64,000 bases of DNA from an uncultured Actinomycetota bacterium (GTDB lineage Bacteria > Actinomycetota > Actinomycetes > JAHEKZ01): contig CAVQYR010000002.1 of assembly GCA_963718235.1 (NCBI GenBank), forward strand, positions 32,001 through 96,000. Reading direction: 5' to 3'. This document shows, piece by piece, positions 39,229 to 50,300 of this stretch (position 1 is its first letter; the number at the start of each line of letters is the position of its first letter). The notes below the pieces were generated by a model, which had not been told where the DNA came from, did not search any database, and saw nothing but the letters and a program-made list of their open reading frames with translations. Position numbers and translations under genes: made by a program.

Positions 39229-39941
39229 GCGGACCGGCCGGACCCCAAGCGGGCTGCGGCAGCCTCGTCGACCACCAGCGTCGCGCGGGCGCGCGAGACG
39301 TGCGAGGCCACGAGTCGTTGGTCGTCGTTGACGAGACCGTGGACGGCGTTGACCTTGCCCACCCCCGTGACCAGCCAGACGAGCAGCCCGGCCCGGTCGA
39401 GCACGGGCATGGTCAGCGTCAGGCGGCGGTGGCCGCGGTACGGCCGGGTGACGGCGACCAGCCGGTCGGTCACCTCGACTGCCCGGTCACCGGGAGTCAG
39501 CGACGCCGTGTGCCCGTCGTCACCGAGGCCGAGGTGGACGATGTCGAGTGCGGAGTCCTGTCCGCACACCCGCAGCAGCGTCTCGGTGTACTCGCCGGCG
39601 GCGCCGGACATCGACTCCTCGTCGTCCGGGTCGACCCCGTCGACCGGCATCTGGTGCCGGTTCTCCTGCGGCAGGCGACTGGCGAGCGGCTCCAGCGTCG
39701 GCCAGTTGCGTGCGGGGTCGCCGGCCTCGACGAACCGCTCGTCGACCTGGAGGAGGTGGACCGCCGCCCAGGGCAGCTCGTACTCAGCGAGCTGCTCGAC
39801 CATGGCGCCCGGTGTGGTGCCCCCGCTCAGCGCGAGCGTGGCGACGCCTCGGGCGGTGACCGCGTCGCGGATGTGCCCGGCGATCGACGAGGCCGCCAGC
39901 TCGGCGGCGTCCTCGCGGGTCGCCACGACGTCGACGCGCAC
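39225..39941 (-). CDS. pgl: 6-phosphogluconolactonase
   Basis: ALSGGTTP, VDERFV, LGLGDDGHTASL, RLTLT. Confidence 0.9.
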   Translation of the reverse strand: MRVDVVATREDAAELAASSIAGHIRDAVTARGVATLALSGGTTPGAMVEQLAEYELPWAAVHLLQVDERFVEAGDPARNWPTLEPLASRLPQENRHQMPVDGVDPDDEESMSGAAGEYTETLLRVCGQDSALDIVHLGLGDDGHTASLTPGDRAVEVTDRLVAVTRPYRGHRRLTLTMPVLDRAGLLVWLVTGVGKVNAVHGLVNDDQRLVASHVSRARATLVVDEAAAARLGSGRSA

Positions 39942-39945
39942 GACG

Positions 39946-41352
39946 TCAGCCGCTCTTCGGCTCGTGCCAGCCGCCGACGGCGGCAGCCAGGGCGTCGCCC
40001 GCCGCTGGTCCCCAGGTGCCGGGACGGTAGGGCTCCGGGTCGTCGGCGGAGTCGCCGTCGATCACGTCGTCGACGATGCCCCACGACGCGGCCACCGCGT
40101 CGGCGCGCGCGAACAGGGTCTGCTCGCCGTCCATGGCGTCGTCGATCAGCCGCTCGTAGGCGGTCATCTCCCCGGTGGAGTCGTCGACCATCTTCAGCTC
40201 GACGTTGCGGCCCACCTGCTCGTCACCAGGGCGCTTGTTGCGCACCCCCAGGGCGATGGCGACACGGTCGGGGCCGAGCCGGAACCGGAGGTGGTTGCTG
40301 TCGCGGGGCAGAGCCTCGTCGAAGAGCTGCTGTGGCGGACGGTGGAACGTGGCCAGCACCTCTGTTGCCGTCACGGGCAGCTGTTTGCCCGCGCGGATCA
40401 GGAACGGGACGCCGCTCCACCGCCACGAGTCGACGTGCAGGCGCAGCGCCGCGTACGTCTCGGTCTTGGAGGTCGGCGAGACGCCGGGCTCGTCGCGGTA
40501 GCCGACGTACTGGCCCCTGACCAGGTCGGCATGACCCGGTGGTCGGACCGCGTGAAGCACCTTGACGCGTTCGTCGCGCAGTGGTCCGGAGGCCATGCTG
40601 ACCGGGGCCTCCATGGCCAGCAGCGACACGACCTGCAGGAGGTGGTTCTGGACGACGTCGCGGACGGCACCCAGCTCCTCGTAGAGCGCGCCGCGCCCTT
40701 CGACCCCGAAGGACTCGGCCATGGTGATCTGCACGCTCGAGACGTGGGTGCGGTTCCACAGCGGTTCGAGGAAGGAGTTGGCGAACCGGAAGTACAGCAG
40801 GTTCTGCACCGACTCCTTCCCGAGGTAGTGGTCGATCCGGTAGACGTCGTCCTCGTCGAACGCCTGGTGGACGACGGCGTCCAGCTCGTGCATCGACGCG
40901 AGGTCGCGGCCGAACGGCTTCTCGACCACCAGCCGCCCGCTGACGTTGAGGCCGGTCTGCTTGAGCTGACCGATCACCGTCTCGAACAGGCTCGGTGGGA
41001 TGGCGAGGTAGAACAGCGGCCGCGCAGCGCCGTCGATCGCAGCGGCAAGCCGTTCGAACGTCGTCGGGTCCTGGTAGTCGCCGGGAACGAAGGCGAGACG
41101 TCGCTCGAGCTCCTCGGTCGCTGCCGGGTCCGAGTCGTCGCCGTGGTCTCGCACGCTGTCGCGGACATGCTGGCGCAGCCACTCATCGGTGCGGTCGCCG
41201 CGGGCGACCCCGACCACGGGCACACCGAGGCGTCCTCTGCTCGCGAGGTTGTGCAGCGCGGGAAAGATCTTCTTGTACGAGAGGTCGCCGGTGACCCCGA
41301 AGATGACGAGGGCGTCGGCGGCGTCGGCGGGGCGCGCTGCGACGGAGGTCAT
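39946..41352 (-). CDS. zwf: Glucose-6-phosphate dehydrogenase
   Basis: [37 protein letters not shown]. Confidence 0.95.
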   Translation of the reverse strand: MTSVAARPADAADALVIFGVTGDLSYKKIFPALHNLASRGRLGVPVVGVARGDRTDEWLRQHVRDSVRDHGDDSDPAATEELERRLAFVPGDYQDPTTFERLAAAIDGAARPLFYLAIPPSLFETVIGQLKQTGLNVSGRLVVEKPFGRDLASMHELDAVVHQAFDEDDVYRIDHYLGKESVQNLLYFRFANSFLEPLWNRTHVSSVQITMAESFGVEGRGALYEELGAVRDVVQNHLLQVVSLLAMEAPVSMASGPLRDERVKVLHAVRPPGHADLVRGQYVGYRDEPGVSPTSKTETYAALRLHVDSWRWSGVPFLIRAGKQLPVTATEVLATFHRPPQQLFDEALPRDSNHLRFRLGPDRVAIALGVRNKRPGDEQVGRNVELKMVDDSTGEMTAYERLIDDAMDGEQTLFARADAVAASWGIVDDVIDGDSADDPEPYRPGTWGPAAGDALAAAVGGWHEPKSG

Positions 41353-41356
41353 TCGC

Positions 41357-42646
41357 TCACGATAGGGGCGTGGACGGGGGGCCGCCGGTCGACGGGTCGT
41401 GGGGCAGCTCGGCCAGCCGGCGCAGGAGGAAGTCGCGTTCGGTCACGGCGCCGACCTGCTCCAGCGCCTGCCGGTAGGCCGCTGCGGCCTCCTCGGTCCG
41501 GCCGGCCCGGCGCAGGAGCTCGGCCCGGGTGGCCGGCAGGTAGTGGTAGCCGCGCAGGCGCGGGTCGTCGGACAGCGGGTCCAGGAGGGCCAGTCCGGCG
41601 CCGGGCCCTTCGGCGTAGGCGTGCGCGACCGCCCGGTTGACCTCGACGACCGGGCTCGGCCACGTGTCGGCCAGGCGGTCGTACAGGGCAGCGATGCCGA
41701 TCCAGTCGGTGGCCTCGAACGTGGCGGCCTCGGCGTGGGCTGCGGCGATCCCGGCCTGCAGGAGGAAGCGTCCGGCGGGCCGGGTCGAGCTGCGCAGGGC
41801 CCGGTCGAACATCGCCAGCCCGTGGGTGAGCAGCTCGCCGTCCCACTGGCTGCGGTCCTGGTCGGCGAGCAGCACGAGCTGACCGTCGGGGTCGATCCGG
41901 CTGGGACGCCGCGCCTCGGTGAGCTCAAGCAGGGCCAGCAGCCCGAGCACCTCCGGCTCGTCCGGCATCAAGGTGGCCAGGACCTTGCTGAGGTCGAGTG
42001 CGGCACTGGTCAGGTCGGTGCGCAGCAGAGCATCGCCCTCGGGCGCACTGTGACCCGTCGTGAAGACGAGGTGGATGACGGTGAGGACAGCGTCGAGTCG
42101 AGACGGGAGGTCGTCACGGTCGGGCACGCGGTAGGGGATCGCGGCTGCGGTGATCTTGTGCTTGGCCCTGGTGAGGCGAGCGGCCATCGCGGTGGGGGTC
42201 ACCAGCAGGGCGTGTGCGATCTCGTCGGTGGTGAGCCCGGCCACCAGCCGCAGCGTGAGGGCCACCTGTGTGTCCTGGGCGAGGGAGGGGTGGCAGCAGG
42301 TGAACACGAGGCGCAGTCGGTCGTCGGGCAGCACATCGGGCTCCTGGTCAGCGGAGGTGTCGTCGAGCACGTCGGCGGCCAGCACGGACAGCCGGCGGCG
42401 CAGGGTCGACTGTCGGCGTAGCGCGTCGAGGGCGTTTCGGCGAGCAGTCGTGGTCAGCCACGCTCCGGGGCGGTCGGGGACGCCGCGTGTGGGCCATGTC
42501 TTCAGAGCTGCCTCGAAGGCGTCAGCCGTGGCCTCCTCGGCCACGCCGAGGTCGCCGCCGGTCAGTCGGGCGGTGGAGGCGAGGACCCGAGCCCACTCGC
42601 TGCGGTGGGCCGCCTCGACCGCGGACACAACCGCTGAGGGCGTCAT
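41357..42646 (-). CDS. ECF sigma factor with C-terminal TPR-like extension (DUF6596, YciI-associated type)
   Basis: [49 protein letters not shown]. Confidence 0.9.
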   Translation of the reverse strand: MTPSAVVSAVEAAHRSEWARVLASTARLTGGDLGVAEEATADAFEAALKTWPTRGVPDRPGAWLTTTARRNALDALRRQSTLRRRLSVLAADVLDDTSADQEPDVLPDDRLRLVFTCCHPSLAQDTQVALTLRLVAGLTTDEIAHALLVTPTAMAARLTRAKHKITAAAIPYRVPDRDDLPSRLDAVLTVIHLVFTTGHSAPEGDALLRTDLTSAALDLSKVLATLMPDEPEVLGLLALLELTEARRPSRIDPDGQLVLLADQDRSQWDGELLTHGLAMFDRALRSSTRPAGRFLLQAGIAAAHAEAATFEATDWIGIAALYDRLADTWPSPVVEVNRAVAHAYAEGPGAGLALLDPLSDDPRLRGYHYLPATRAELLRRAGRTEEAAAAYRQALEQVGAVTERDFLLRRLAELPHDPSTGGPPSTPLS

Positions 42647-42667
42647 CGCGACGCCCTCAGCCCACGG

Positions 42668-43429
42668 TCAGGGGATTGTCGGTGCGGCTGCCGTCGCCCG
42701 GGCGACCGGGCGCCGGCCGAGCGCGATCGAGAAGTAGTCAACGATCCCGCGGAACTGGTCGTCGGCAGACTTGAGGTCCTTGTTGCCGATGTGCACCGGC
42801 CGCGTGCTCTGGATGGCGCCGACCTGGCGGCGCACGACACGGCCCCGACCGTCGATCGAGATACCGATCTTCCCGTGGAGGCGGTAGCAGACGACGAGGT
42901 GGAACTGCCCGTCGTTGATCCCGCGACGGGAGGTGATGAGACCCGCGCCTTGCCTACCCTTGATCCGACAACGGATCCTTCCGCTGTCGGGAAGGGCCTC
43001 GACCTTCCACTGCCCGGCGTCGCGGTAGAACCCCAGCTGGGCGAGGTTGGGGGTGTCATTGCCGACGAACCGGGTGACCTTGACCGTCATCGCGACGGCA
43101 AACGCTCGCCGGTTGGGCACGAGTTCGCCCGAACGGTTGATGACGCCCTGGGAGCGGGCCATCAGCGAGACTGCCCCCCGCTTGCCGTTCGCACCGACCG
43201 CCCGTCGCCAGTGGCCGCCCAGCCGCAGCTGGCGGTGGGTCGGTCGCGACACGTCGCGCACCACGCCACTGGGCTTGACCCTGTTGAAGGTGTAGACCAC
43301 ATCTGCGGGGGGACGCTTCGCCGTCCCTGCCTGCGCAACGGCAGTGGGGGCCGAGAAGGCGACCCCCCAGACCAGGGCACCCGCTGCCGCTACTGCCACC
43401 AAGCGTCGACCGTGCCGCATGATGCACAC
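42668..43429 (-). CDS. Secreted LamG-like jelly-roll protein, Arg/Lys-rich
   Basis: Signal peptide; YTFN, INDGQFHLV, ISIDG, HIGNK, FRGIVD strands. Confidence 0.65.
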   Translation of the reverse strand: MCIMRHGRRLVAVAAAGALVWGVAFSAPTAVAQAGTAKRPPADVVYTFNRVKPSGVVRDVSRPTHRQLRLGGHWRRAVGANGKRGAVSLMARSQGVINRSGELVPNRRAFAVAMTVKVTRFVGNDTPNLAQLGFYRDAGQWKVEALPDSGRIRCRIKGRQGAGLITSRRGINDGQFHLVVCYRLHGKIGISIDGRGRVVRRQVGAIQSTRPVHIGNKDLKSADDQFRGIVDYFSIALGRRPVARATAAAPTIP

Positions 43430-43572
43430 CCCGTTCCCCCGGTCGGACCCGGCGCCTCCGGGTACCGGCGACGAGATTATCAGCGCCGACGACGCCCCCG
43501 GATGGGCCTTTCTGCCCTGTCATTCCGTCGACCAGACCCGTCGGCGCCGCACGCCGTGCTGCCGGCCTCGGC

Positions 43573-43923
43573 TCACGAAGGCAGGGAGATGACCGGCCGG
43601 ACCTCGACCCCCTCACCAGGGAGCACTCGGGCCAACGCCAGCGCGGCGTCGAGGTCGGCGCACTCGACCACGTAGTAGCCGCCCAGGGCCTCCTTGGTCT
43701 CGGCGAAGGGGCCGTCGGTGACGATCGGTCCTGAGTCCCCATGTCGGATAGAGGTGGCCGTCGATGAGGCCTCCAGGGGTGCTCCCTCGAGGACCTTGGC
43801 CCCGGAGCTGACGACCTGCTCCTGCCAGGCGTTGTGGGCCTTCAGCATCACGGCCCAGTCCTCGTCGGTCGCCTCGGCCAGGCGGGACTCGTCTCCGTAG
43901 ATCAAGAACATGTAGCTGGGCAT
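43573..43923 (-). CDS. YciI/DGPF family protein
   Basis: YMFLIYGDE, TDGPFAETKEALGGYY, VEVRPV. Confidence 0.9.
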   Translation of the reverse strand: MPSYMFLIYGDESRLAEATDEDWAVMLKAHNAWQEQVVSSGAKVLEGAPLEASSTATSIRHGDSGPIVTDGPFAETKEALGGYYVVECADLDAALALARVLPGEGVEVRPVISLPS

Positions 43924-43982
43924 GGCGTTCCTCTCACTCTGTGTCTCTGTGTGTCTCTGTGTATGGCATCTGACACGTGGAC

Positions 43983-44009
43983 GACGAACGGGTCGCGCCG
44001 AAATCGACA
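43983..44009 (-). promoter_or_regulatory. ECF-type promoter TGTCGA-N17-CGTC upstream of the YciI gene
   Basis: Minus strand TGTCGAtttcggcgcgacccgttCGTC; plausible autoregulatory site. Confidence 0.5.
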
Positions 44010-44020
44010 GGAGCCGACGA

Positions 44021-45226
44021 TCAGCTCAGCAGATCCTCTCCGATCCAGCCCCCTGGACGACAGCCCCCGGGCAGCGCGAAGACCGCTGACCCGATGGGTG
44101 TCGTCCAGTCGTTGAGGAGGTCGAAGGTGGCCAGGCGACGCTGGATGGGGAGGAACTGCTGCTCGATGCTCGACTGGTAGGCGCAGAAAACCAGCCCCAC
44201 GTCGGAGACCGACGTCGTCCCCGGCGATTCGTCGTAGGAGTAGCTCCTTCGAAGGAAGCGCTCGTGCGCAGTGTGCGCGCGGGCCCGGCGTGTGTGCGCG
44301 AAAGCCGGAATGACCGGCAGACCGTCGGCACCCACGGCGGCGAGGTCCACCGGTGTCTGCTCCTCGCCTCCGGTCAGGGGCGCACCGTCGCTGAGTCGGC
44401 GTCCGATCACCTGCTCGCGCGACGAGCGATCGACCTTGTCCCAGCCGTCGAGGTCCATCGAGATCCGCCGCACGACCAGCGTCGTGCCTCCGTGGAACCA
44501 CGGGAGCTCCTCATCGGACCAGACGATCGGGGCGAACTCCGGCGAGCCGGGGGCCGGGTTGACCGTCCCGTCCACCTGACCCATCAGGTTGCGGGGGGTC
44601 GACGCGGGGGAGGTGACACCGCGCGCGTCTCGGAAGCCGCGTTGGACCCAGCGAACGGTGGTGAAGGCGCGGGCGTCCTTCAGCAGCATCCGGGTCGCGT
44701 GCGCGACGGAAGTCGGGTCGTCGCCGCCCACGTGGACCAGGAGGTCCCCGTCGCTCCAGTGCGGCTGCAGGCGGTCGATGGGCAGGGGAGGCAGCTCGGT
44801 GAGCCCCTCTGGGCGCTGGTCCCGCAGGCCCAGCCGTTCGAAGAACCCAGGCCCGAACCCGAAGGTGACGGTCAGGTTCGCCGGCCGGAGGGCGAGCTCG
44901 ACCTCGGGGTCGGCCAGCGCGGGCGCTCCCGACGTCAGTCGCGCGGCGTCGTCGGTCCAAAGCCGCATCAGGCGCCCAGCGGCCTCACGATCGACGCCGG
45001 GTCGGAGGTCGACGGCGACGAACGTAGCCAGGGCCTGCGCTGGGGTCTCGACGCCTGCCTGGTGCTCCCCGTGGAACGGCAGCGTGTCGTCCCCCCAGGT
45101 GGGTTGCTCGGGAGGAGGACTGTGCTCGTGGACCGCGGCGTAGGTCGCGGCTCCCGCCAGGGAGGCGCCGCCGACGAAGGCGGCACCTCCCCGAAGGAAG
45201 TCCCGACGGCTCGAGGTCGAGGGCAT
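44021..45226 (-). CDS. Tat-exported Dyp-type peroxidase (EfeB/DtpA-like)
   Basis: SRRDFL Tat motif, HQAGV, GQVDGTVNP, FAHTRRA, FLRRSYSY. Confidence 0.9.
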   Translation of the reverse strand: MPSTSSRRDFLRGGAAFVGGASLAGAATYAAVHEHSPPPEQPTWGDDTLPFHGEHQAGVETPAQALATFVAVDLRPGVDREAAGRLMRLWTDDAARLTSGAPALADPEVELALRPANLTVTFGFGPGFFERLGLRDQRPEGLTELPPLPIDRLQPHWSDGDLLVHVGGDDPTSVAHATRMLLKDARAFTTVRWVQRGFRDARGVTSPASTPRNLMGQVDGTVNPAPGSPEFAPIVWSDEELPWFHGGTTLVVRRISMDLDGWDKVDRSSREQVIGRRLSDGAPLTGGEEQTPVDLAAVGADGLPVIPAFAHTRRARAHTAHERFLRRSYSYDESPGTTSVSDVGLVFCAYQSSIEQQFLPIQRRLATFDLLNDWTTPIGSAVFALPGGCRPGGWIGEDLLS

Positions 45227-45232
45227 CGTCGG

Positions 45233-45754
45233 TCAGCCCATCGAGTCGCCACCGGAGTAGTCCTCGTCCGCCCCCGAGAACTCCTTGGCAACCGCGTCGA
45301 CGTCCAGGGTCGACCCGTCGTCGAAGGTCAAGGTGAGCGAGACGACGTCCCCCGGCTGGATCGGTTCGGCGACGTCCATGAGCATGATGTGGTCACCGCC
45401 GGGCTCCAGAGTGGCCGTGCCGTCGGCCGGAAGGGGTATGCCGCCCTCCTTGGGCTGCATCACCATCTCCCCGTTCTTCATGGCCATCTCGTGCAGCTCG
45501 ACCATGGACGACGCAGGGGTGCTCGCCGACACGAGGACGAGGTCGGAGTCCGACGTGTTGGTCAGGGTGACGAATGCCGCAGTCATTCCGGAGTCGACGG
45601 CCTTGACCCAGGGGTCTTCCGCGGTGACGGTCACCGCGTTGGTGGGGGCTGCCGCTGGGTCGTCGTCGCCACACGCAGCGAGGGGTCCGACCGTCAGGGC
45701 GACGACCGAGGCAATCAGTGCGGGGCGTAGCCACCGCAGGCGAAGCAGGGACAT
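45233..45754 (-). CDS. Copper chaperone PCu(A)C lipoprotein
   Basis: Lipobox LAAC; ELHEM...MVM...PGGDHIMLM Cu(I) motif. Confidence 0.92.
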   Translation of the reverse strand: MSLLRLRWLRPALIASVVALTVGPLAACGDDDPAAAPTNAVTVTAEDPWVKAVDSGMTAAFVTLTNTSDSDLVLVSASTPASSMVELHEMAMKNGEMVMQPKEGGIPLPADGTATLEPGGDHIMLMDVAEPIQPGDVVSLTLTFDDGSTLDVDAVAKEFSGADEDYSGGDSMG

Positions 45755-45829
45755 GAGATCTCCTCAAGACAAGAGACGCTGCGGCGGTCTGACCGCGCAA
45801 CGAGGGAACGCACCGACGGTGCGGGTGGG

Positions 45830-46426
45830 CTAGGTCGACGCGAGGTGAGGAGGGGCTCGCGGACCGCCGCTGGCGCGGCAGAAGGAACGCAGGGTCGGCA
45901 CCGAACCCGCGACGGCAGGTCCGCCGGTGCTCGTCAGTCGGGCGAAGGGGACGAGCAGCCCGACCAGCACCCGCCGAGCCATGAACCACAGCCACAGCAG
46001 GAGGTTCTCTCCGCGCCTCAGCAGGGCGATCGACAGCGCGAGCGCCGCCAGGTGGGCCAGCAGCATCGGCTGGCTCACGCCCATGGAGTGGCCGAACAGC
46101 GGGGCTCCGCCACCTGCGGCAAGGGTGTTCGCCGCGTGGTGCCCCACGCCGGGCTGTGCGGAGCCGGCATGCGGACCGTGCCCCAGCCACAAGGTGCCGT
46201 GCACGAGCAGCGCGATACCAGCGAGGGCGAAGGCCAGCCGTCCGGTCGTCCAGGTCTTGGCCGACGCCGTCACACAGAGGGCGGCGACCAGGGCCAGCGT
46301 CACCAGCGCAACAGGGCCAGCGTCGAGGGTGCCGCCGCCGGCGAGGTGACCGAGGACCGGCAGTCCGACACCCACGGCGGCCACGACCACGCCGCGTGTT
46401 CGGCGCATCGCCTCCACCTGTCGCAC
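45830..46426 (-). CDS. His-rich membrane protein ending in RAPP (candidate arrest leader)
   Basis: GHLAGGG, LLVH...HGPH...GHH...GH, MLLAHLAA, RRGE, C-terminal PRAPPHLAST*. Confidence 0.75.
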   Translation of the reverse strand: MRQVEAMRRTRGVVVAAVGVGLPVLGHLAGGGTLDAGPVALVTLALVAALCVTASAKTWTTGRLAFALAGIALLVHGTLWLGHGPHAGSAQPGVGHHAANTLAAGGGAPLFGHSMGVSQPMLLAHLAALALSIALLRRGENLLLWLWFMARRVLVGLLVPFARLTSTGGPAVAGSVPTLRSFCRASGGPRAPPHLAST

Positions 46427-46459
46427 GGGCTCATCGTACGGAGCCGGTTCCCAGCTGGG

Positions 46460-47227
46460 TCAGAGCCCCTCTTGGGAGTACACCGCCATGGAGTCGCGAA
46501 GGAACTCAGCCAGCCGGGGATGGACGTCGTCGTAGCGGGCTCGGAAGTCGGGGTGGTCGACATAGAGCTGCCCCAGCCCGGCATAGCGCTCCGCGTCCGG
46601 GGTCCAGAACCTGGCGACGACCGTGTAGTGCTCGGTGACGACCGCCTGGACGGCTGGATCGTCGGGAGTCGCGCCCTGCTCGATCAGCTCGACGAGGCGG
46701 TCGTCGATCGAGGCGAAGGCACTCTGCGCTTCGGCGTAGTCGCGCTGCTCCCAGCCGACGGTGCTCGCCCTGGACTGGGCCATCGGCTCGCTCACGTCGT
46801 CGCCGAAGCGGTCGACCAGCTCCTGCTCGTAGGCGGCCTGGCGCTGTTGGTCGAAGCCGGCAAACAGCTCGTCGGTGGACATGGTCTCCCCGTTCTCCCA
46901 GGACTCGATGGTGGTGTCGACGGTGGCCAGCAGCGCCTGGAGCTCCCGCCCACGTCGGAGAAGGTCGACCCGGTGCCGGCGCAGGGCGTCGAGCGGGTCG
47001 CAGTCGTCGTCGACGATCGCCTTGATCTCGTCGAGACCCAGGCCGAGCTCGCGCAGCAGCAGGATCCGCTGGAGGCGGGCCAGCTCCCGCTCGCTGTAGA
47101 ACCGGTAGCCGTTGCGTCCCACGTGGGCCGGCCGAAGGAGGCCAATCGCGTCGTAGTGGCGAAGCGTCCGACTGCTCACCCCGGATGCCCGAGCGACCTC
47201 GGTGATCGCCAGCAGCTCGTCGTCCAT
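46460..47227 (-). CDS. MerR-family regulator with TipAS domain
   Basis: RTLRHYDAIGLL, GYRFY, LGQLYVDHPDFRARYD. Confidence 0.9.
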   Translation of the reverse strand: MDDELLAITEVARASGVSSRTLRHYDAIGLLRPAHVGRNGYRFYSERELARLQRILLLRELGLGLDEIKAIVDDDCDPLDALRRHRVDLLRRGRELQALLATVDTTIESWENGETMSTDELFAGFDQQRQAAYEQELVDRFGDDVSEPMAQSRASTVGWEQRDYAEAQSAFASIDDRLVELIEQGATPDDPAVQAVVTEHYTVVARFWTPDAERYAGLGQLYVDHPDFRARYDDVHPRLAEFLRDSMAVYSQEGL

Positions 47228-47234
47228 GGAAGCC

Positions 47235-47265
47235 ACGCTAGGCGTTGACGCCGCGTCAACGTCCA
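47235..47265 (-). promoter_or_regulatory. MerR-type promoter, 19-bp spacer with dyad; leaderless
   Basis: TGGACG-19 nt-TAGCGT, 7 nt before the ATG; dyad CGTTGACGC-N-GCGTCAACG. Confidence 0.7.
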
Positions 47266-47307
47266 CCTGCCTCCGGGTCATTGCCGCACCCCTTCGAGGA
47301 CCGGACA

Positions 47308-50300
47308 ATGCGGGTCATGGCCGACTCAGGGGGACGGGTGCTCCCGTATGTGCCCCGACTGACCCTGGAGTGGCTGGCCCAGCGGCCGCAGGACGCGCAC
47401 ACGCTCATCGCGGGCACCGTCATCTTCGCCGACCTCTCCGGCTTCACCGCCATGGCCGAGCGTCTGGCCTCCCTGGGTCGCGAGGGGGCCGAACGGCTGA
47501 CCGAGGTCATCGACGAGACCTTCGCCACCCTGCTGGCCGGGGTCTACGCCGAGGGCGGGAGGCTGCTCGCCTTCGGCGGCGACGCCATGGTGCTGATGTT
47601 CGTCGGAGACGACCACGTGTCACGCGGCTGCCGTGCCGCAGTGGGGCTGCGGCGCACCCTGCGGCAGGTCGGGCGTCACGAGACTCCCCGTGGCGCCGTC
47701 CAGCTGCGGATCTCGATCGGTGTCCACACGGGGGAGTTCGCGGCGTTTCTCGTCGGCTCGTCGCACCGACAGCTGCTCCTGGCCGGGCCCGGGATCACCT
47801 CGGTGGTCGACGCCGAGCATGCTGCACATACGGGCGAGATCGTGGTGACCGAGGGCACGGCCAGTGCTCTGCCCTCGCGCTGCGTCGGCCCGGTGGTGGC
47901 GGGTGGGTACCGCTTGTCGCGCGCGCCGAGCGGTGCCGGCGCCTTCGCCATCGACCAGGCACCCCCGGGCGCCGCCGACCTGGCTGGCCGGGCGGTCCCC
48001 ACCGCCATCCGTGACCATCTGCTCGACCCTTCGACCACGGCGGAGCACCGGGTCGTCACGATGGCGTTCCTCCAGGTGCGCGGGACCGACACAGCCGTGG
48101 CCAAGGGGTTGCCCGAGGCCGCTGACGCGTTGGCTGCCGTCGTCACCTGCGTGCAGGAGGCGTGCGAGCGGTTCGGGGTGACCTTTCTCGGTGCCGATGT
48201 CGACCATGACGCCGTCAAGGTCCTCCTTGTCGCCGGTGCACCGGTGTCCCGCGGTGACGACGAGGAGCGAATGCTTCTCGCGCTCCGCGACGTCGTGGAA
48301 GCCAGACTGCCCCTACCCGTACGGGCTGGAGTCCATCGAGGCAACGTGTTCGTCGGAGACGTCGGGCCGTCATACCGCCGCACGTTCACAGCGATGGGCG
48401 ACACCGTCAACCTTGCCGCTCGGCTGATGGCTCGCGCCGACGACGGCACGATCCTGGCCACTCACGATGTGGTCGACCGGTCACGCGTCACATTCGCCCT
48501 GACCGACGTGGAGCCGTTCGTGGCCAAGGGCAAGCGTGCGTTGGTGCATGCGGTGAGCGTGGGCGAGGCGACCGAAGCAGTGGCGGCTTCGTCACGTGCA
48601 CCGGTGCTCGTCGGGCGTGACGCCGAGCTCGTAACGCTGCTCTCGGCATGGGAGGAGGCGCGAGCCGGGAGGGGACGCGCCGTCGAGATCGTGGGAGAAC
48701 CGGGCATCGGCAAGACCGCCCTGCTCGACGTCCTGGTCGACCGAGCCTCCGCCGCGGCCTGGCTGCGCACCAGAGGCGACCTGTACTCGGCGTCGTCACC
48801 GTACCGAGCGGCCCGCGAGCTGCTGCTCACGGCTCTCGGCGTGGACTCGCGGTCGCTCGACCCGACGGAGCTGATGGCCGGAGTCGCACAGCTGGTCTCG
48901 CGAAGCGCGCCGGCTCTGACCGCGTGGCTGCCCCTGTTGGCTGATGTCGTCGGCGGGTCGGTCGAGACCACTCCCGAGGTGGCGGCGCTGTCCGACGAAC
49001 GACGACGGGACCGGCTGCACGAGGTCGTCACGGAGGTGGTCGACGCCGCGATTCCTGGTGCTGCGCTGCTCACCGTCGAGGACACCCACTGGCTGGACGA
49101 CGCGTCGTCAGCGCTGCTGGCCCACCTCGTGCAGGCGTCCCGGGTCCGTCCGTGGTTGGTCGTCACGACGCGCCGCGACCTCGTCACCGGATACGTGCAG
49201 GCCACGGGAGCCGGTGAGGTCGTCATCCCGCGCCCACTGGACGACGCCGCAGCGGCGCTCCTGGCCACCGGTGACGACGACGCAGTGCCGCTTCCTCCGG
49301 TGGTGATGGCCCGGCTGACCCGTCAGGCCGCAGGCAACCCGCTGTTCCTGCGTGAGCTGGTCGCGGCTGCGCGGGACCACGCCGACGTCGATGAGCTGCC
49401 CGACACCCTCGACGCGCTGCTGACCGTTCGCCTGGACCGACTCGGTGCCCGCGACCGTGACCTGGTACGGCGGGCGGCCGTGCTCGGCCCGCGGTTTCGT
49501 GAAGTCGACCTGGGGTTGGTGGCCGGCGAGCAGACGACGGTCCCGGGCGCATCGTCGTGGGGACGGCTGGGGGAGTTCGTGGTCCGGGTCGATGACGAGC
49601 ACCTCGCCTTCACACACGCGCTGCTGCGCGACGCCGCCTACGCGGCTCTGCCTTTCCGGCTCAGGCGAGAGCTGCACGGCCGGGTCGCCGACGCCTGGTC
49701 GACCACCTCTGAGCGGGGCGATGACGCGGTGCTGTCGTACCACTTCTTCGCGGCCGGGCGGTGGGCCGAAGCGTGGAACACGGCACGCGTTGCTGGCGAG
49801 GCCGCGGTCGCCGCCTACGCACCTGTGGAGGCTGCCGCGCTCCTCGACCGTGCACTTCAGGCGGCTCGGCTCCTGCACGGCGAGGTGGCCTGGGCCGAAC
49901 GGGCGGAGGTGTCTCTGCTGCTCGCCAGGGCTCACGCGGTGAGCGGGTCGTTCGACGCCGCGGAGCGTGCCTATGCGGGGGTGACTGCGGGCAGCGACGA
50001 CCCCCTGCTGAAGGCACGGTCGCTGGTGCAACAGGCGTGGCTGGCCGAGCGCCAGAGCCGTCTGCGGCTGGGTGTTCGCCGGGCCAGGGCCGCGCAGCGC
50101 CTGCTCACGACCGTCGCCGACGATTCTTCGGGACGACGTGAGTGCCTCGCAGCGGCGCTGACCGCCGAGGGCATGTGCTGGGAGGTGATGGGTCGACACG
50201 ACCGGGCCGCCGATGCGCTTCGGCAGGCAGTTGACGAGGCCGAGGCAGTGGGCGACCAGCGCACGGTCGCGCACGCAGGGTCGATCCTCGACGGCTGCCT

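Noticed and set aside
43935-43962. Short CTCTGTGT repeats upstream of the YciI gene
   Set aside because: Low complexity and too short to assign a function.
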